DNA from: Podarcis filfolensis
Taxonomy: Eukaryota
DNA length: 64,000 bases
NCBI GenBank assembly: GCA_964270895.1
Contig: OZ185438.1
Reading direction: 5' to 3' (one strand)
A program made the translations under genes and the position numbers. The notes beneath the pieces were generated by a model. It saw only the letters and a list, made by a program, of their open reading frames with translations. It ran no database searches and was not told the DNA's origin. Shown here piece after piece: positions 62,398 to 64,000 of the stretch; positions within the stretch are counted from its first letter, which is position 1, and each line of letters begins with the position of its first letter.

Positions 62398-63307
62398 GGT
62401 CAGCAGTGTCGTTTTTGGTGATTTCCCTTAAAAATAGGGGGGTAAAACTAAAAAAAAAAAACTCAACAACTTAGTCCAAAAAAACCACAAACCAAACTCA
62501 ACACAAAACAAATGAGACTCTCCCCAATAAAAACTAATGGGATCAGCAACCAAAAAAATTCAAAGATACCCCTACTGTCCATAGTTGTACAACTTTCTGT
62601 GAACATTCTTCCTCTGATGTTACTCTGCTGATGAGAGCACATGTAAATCTATTTCACGTGCAAGTTAGGACTCACTCACAATGCATGATTTTTCCTCATG
62701 CTCTTAGGATATTTATGGAATAGCAAAAGATGGCTGAAGACTCAACACAAGATTTGGCTCACTTTTGCAAAATTTTCTTGATGGAAAAGGGTACTTAAAA
62801 GAAGCTGTCAACTCTAAGAAATGTCTGTGGATCTCAGCATTTGACTACGTTTAGAAATTCCATGCCTATTTTCACCTTTGTCTTCTATCCCATCTCCAAA
62901 CAAAGCAGGTCTCATGAATTCTTCGTGGCAAATAAAACACTCTAAGAAGAGGAAAGCTCAGGGATGTTATGGTCTAATTTCCAAAATCATTGAGGCTTTT
63001 CAAGAATGGCTAGCGCCAGACCTTATAGATTATAAGATTTATCCTGGAATCCAGGGAGCTAACCCAGCTCATGGTATTTAACTTTGCCTTCCTTTTCCTA
63101 GCACAAATCCCTATGTTGTATTGACTGAGTGTGAGGTATCTGCAATGCTAGCCAGAGACACTTTGCTGCCTGAGACAGAGCAGCAAATGAGTGCAATAAG
63201 ACCAGCACCACCTGGAACACCCAGGAGCCTGGGGAAGAGAACTCACCACCATTGCCCTACCCAACATTTCCCTTTTGCTGCTCTTAGGCTCCTCTGGAAG
63301 AGAGAAT

Positions 63308-63440
63308 AATAGAGTCATAGAATTGTAGAGTTGGAAGGGACCATGAGGGTCATCTAGTCCAAACCCAGACAACACAGGAATCTTTTGCCCAGTGTGGGGC
63401 TTGCACCTATGACCCCGAGATTAAGAGTCTCATGCTCTAC
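63308..63440 (-). mobile_element. SINE with tRNA-Lys(CTT)-like head and CR1-derived tail
   Basis: Minus strand gtagagcatgagactcttaatctcggggtcataggtgcaagccccacactgggc...ggactagatgaccctcatggtcccttccaactctacaattctatgactct. Confidence 0.85.
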
Positions 63441-64000
63441 ATAGCCCAGTGAGAAAGCCACTGTCCACTCCCCCTCTGAACTGAATCTGAGTCAGGCTGT
63501 TGAGGCTCCTTGCAGTGCAAAATGTTGGGCTGTGCACAACTCCTCTGATCTTGTCCCATGGCCAGATCTGGGGAGCATGAGATTGACCTGATTGGGTTGA
63601 TGTGGGGACCACCCTGTGTACCCTGTCCCAGATCCATTCCTGAATACTGTGTGTGTGTGTGTGTGCGCGCGCATTCTGCAACTGGCTTTCCTTGAAGAGC
63701 AACACCTGTGCTTTGCAGAGCTAAGTGGAGGGGGTGATCTGGGGGGAGGAGAAAAAATTGGCAGGGAAGAAGGTTTTCCCATCCTGGATGCCTCTTCTTC
63801 CTTTCAGATCCCCCACCCCCTAACAGCCATGGATAGCTCTGGACCATCTGACCTGACCCATAGTGATCAATGGCTTTCTGAACCTAACTTGTCTGATGCC
63901 TGAGGCCCTCTGAATAGGCCCAATTTGGCTCAGGGCTTGGCTGAATCCAGTGCGTTGCCCCAGCAAAGAGCCCTGCATGAGCTAAGTATTGTCTACAATG

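Noticed and set aside
1-64000. CRISPR arrays, operons, prokaryotic defence systems, rRNA or snRNA genes
   Set aside because: The sequence is vertebrate. I saw no regularly spaced repeat-spacer arrays, no gene-dense coding tracts and no rRNA or snRNA matches.

Overview
This is eukaryotic, repeat-rich, mostly non-coding vertebrate DNA. It is very probably from a lacertid lizard, inferred from recognising a Sauria-type SINE, a BovB/RTE derivative, squamate-type CR1/L2/L1 remnants and TA- or 8-bp-TSD MITEs; no database search was run. I could not identify any known protein-coding gene, intact tRNA/rRNA gene or CRISPR array. The longest ORFs are either L2 reverse-transcriptase debris or products of GC-rich MITEs. 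Between the repeats lie several AT-rich blocks dense in homeodomain motifs, which look like an enhancer landscape inside a large intron or gene desert. The two best signals are predicted self-cleaving RNA folds readable directly from the sequence. (1) A minimal hammerhead ribozyme on the - strand (22388-22425) sits inside a Penelope-like insertion that has snapped back into a 72-bp perfect hairpin, flanked by a 12-bp TSD. (2) A near-complete HDV-like double pseudoknot (45752-45880) forms the 5' end of a 300-bp internally deleted BovB/RTE element, also with a 12-bp TSD. Both ribozyme-retroelement associations are known in general, and their activity here is untested. Other notable items are one CR1-derived SINE tail carried by three different tRNA heads, a three-layer nested insertion, hAT elements with shared ends but different cores, and speculative minus-strand splice and promoter signals.
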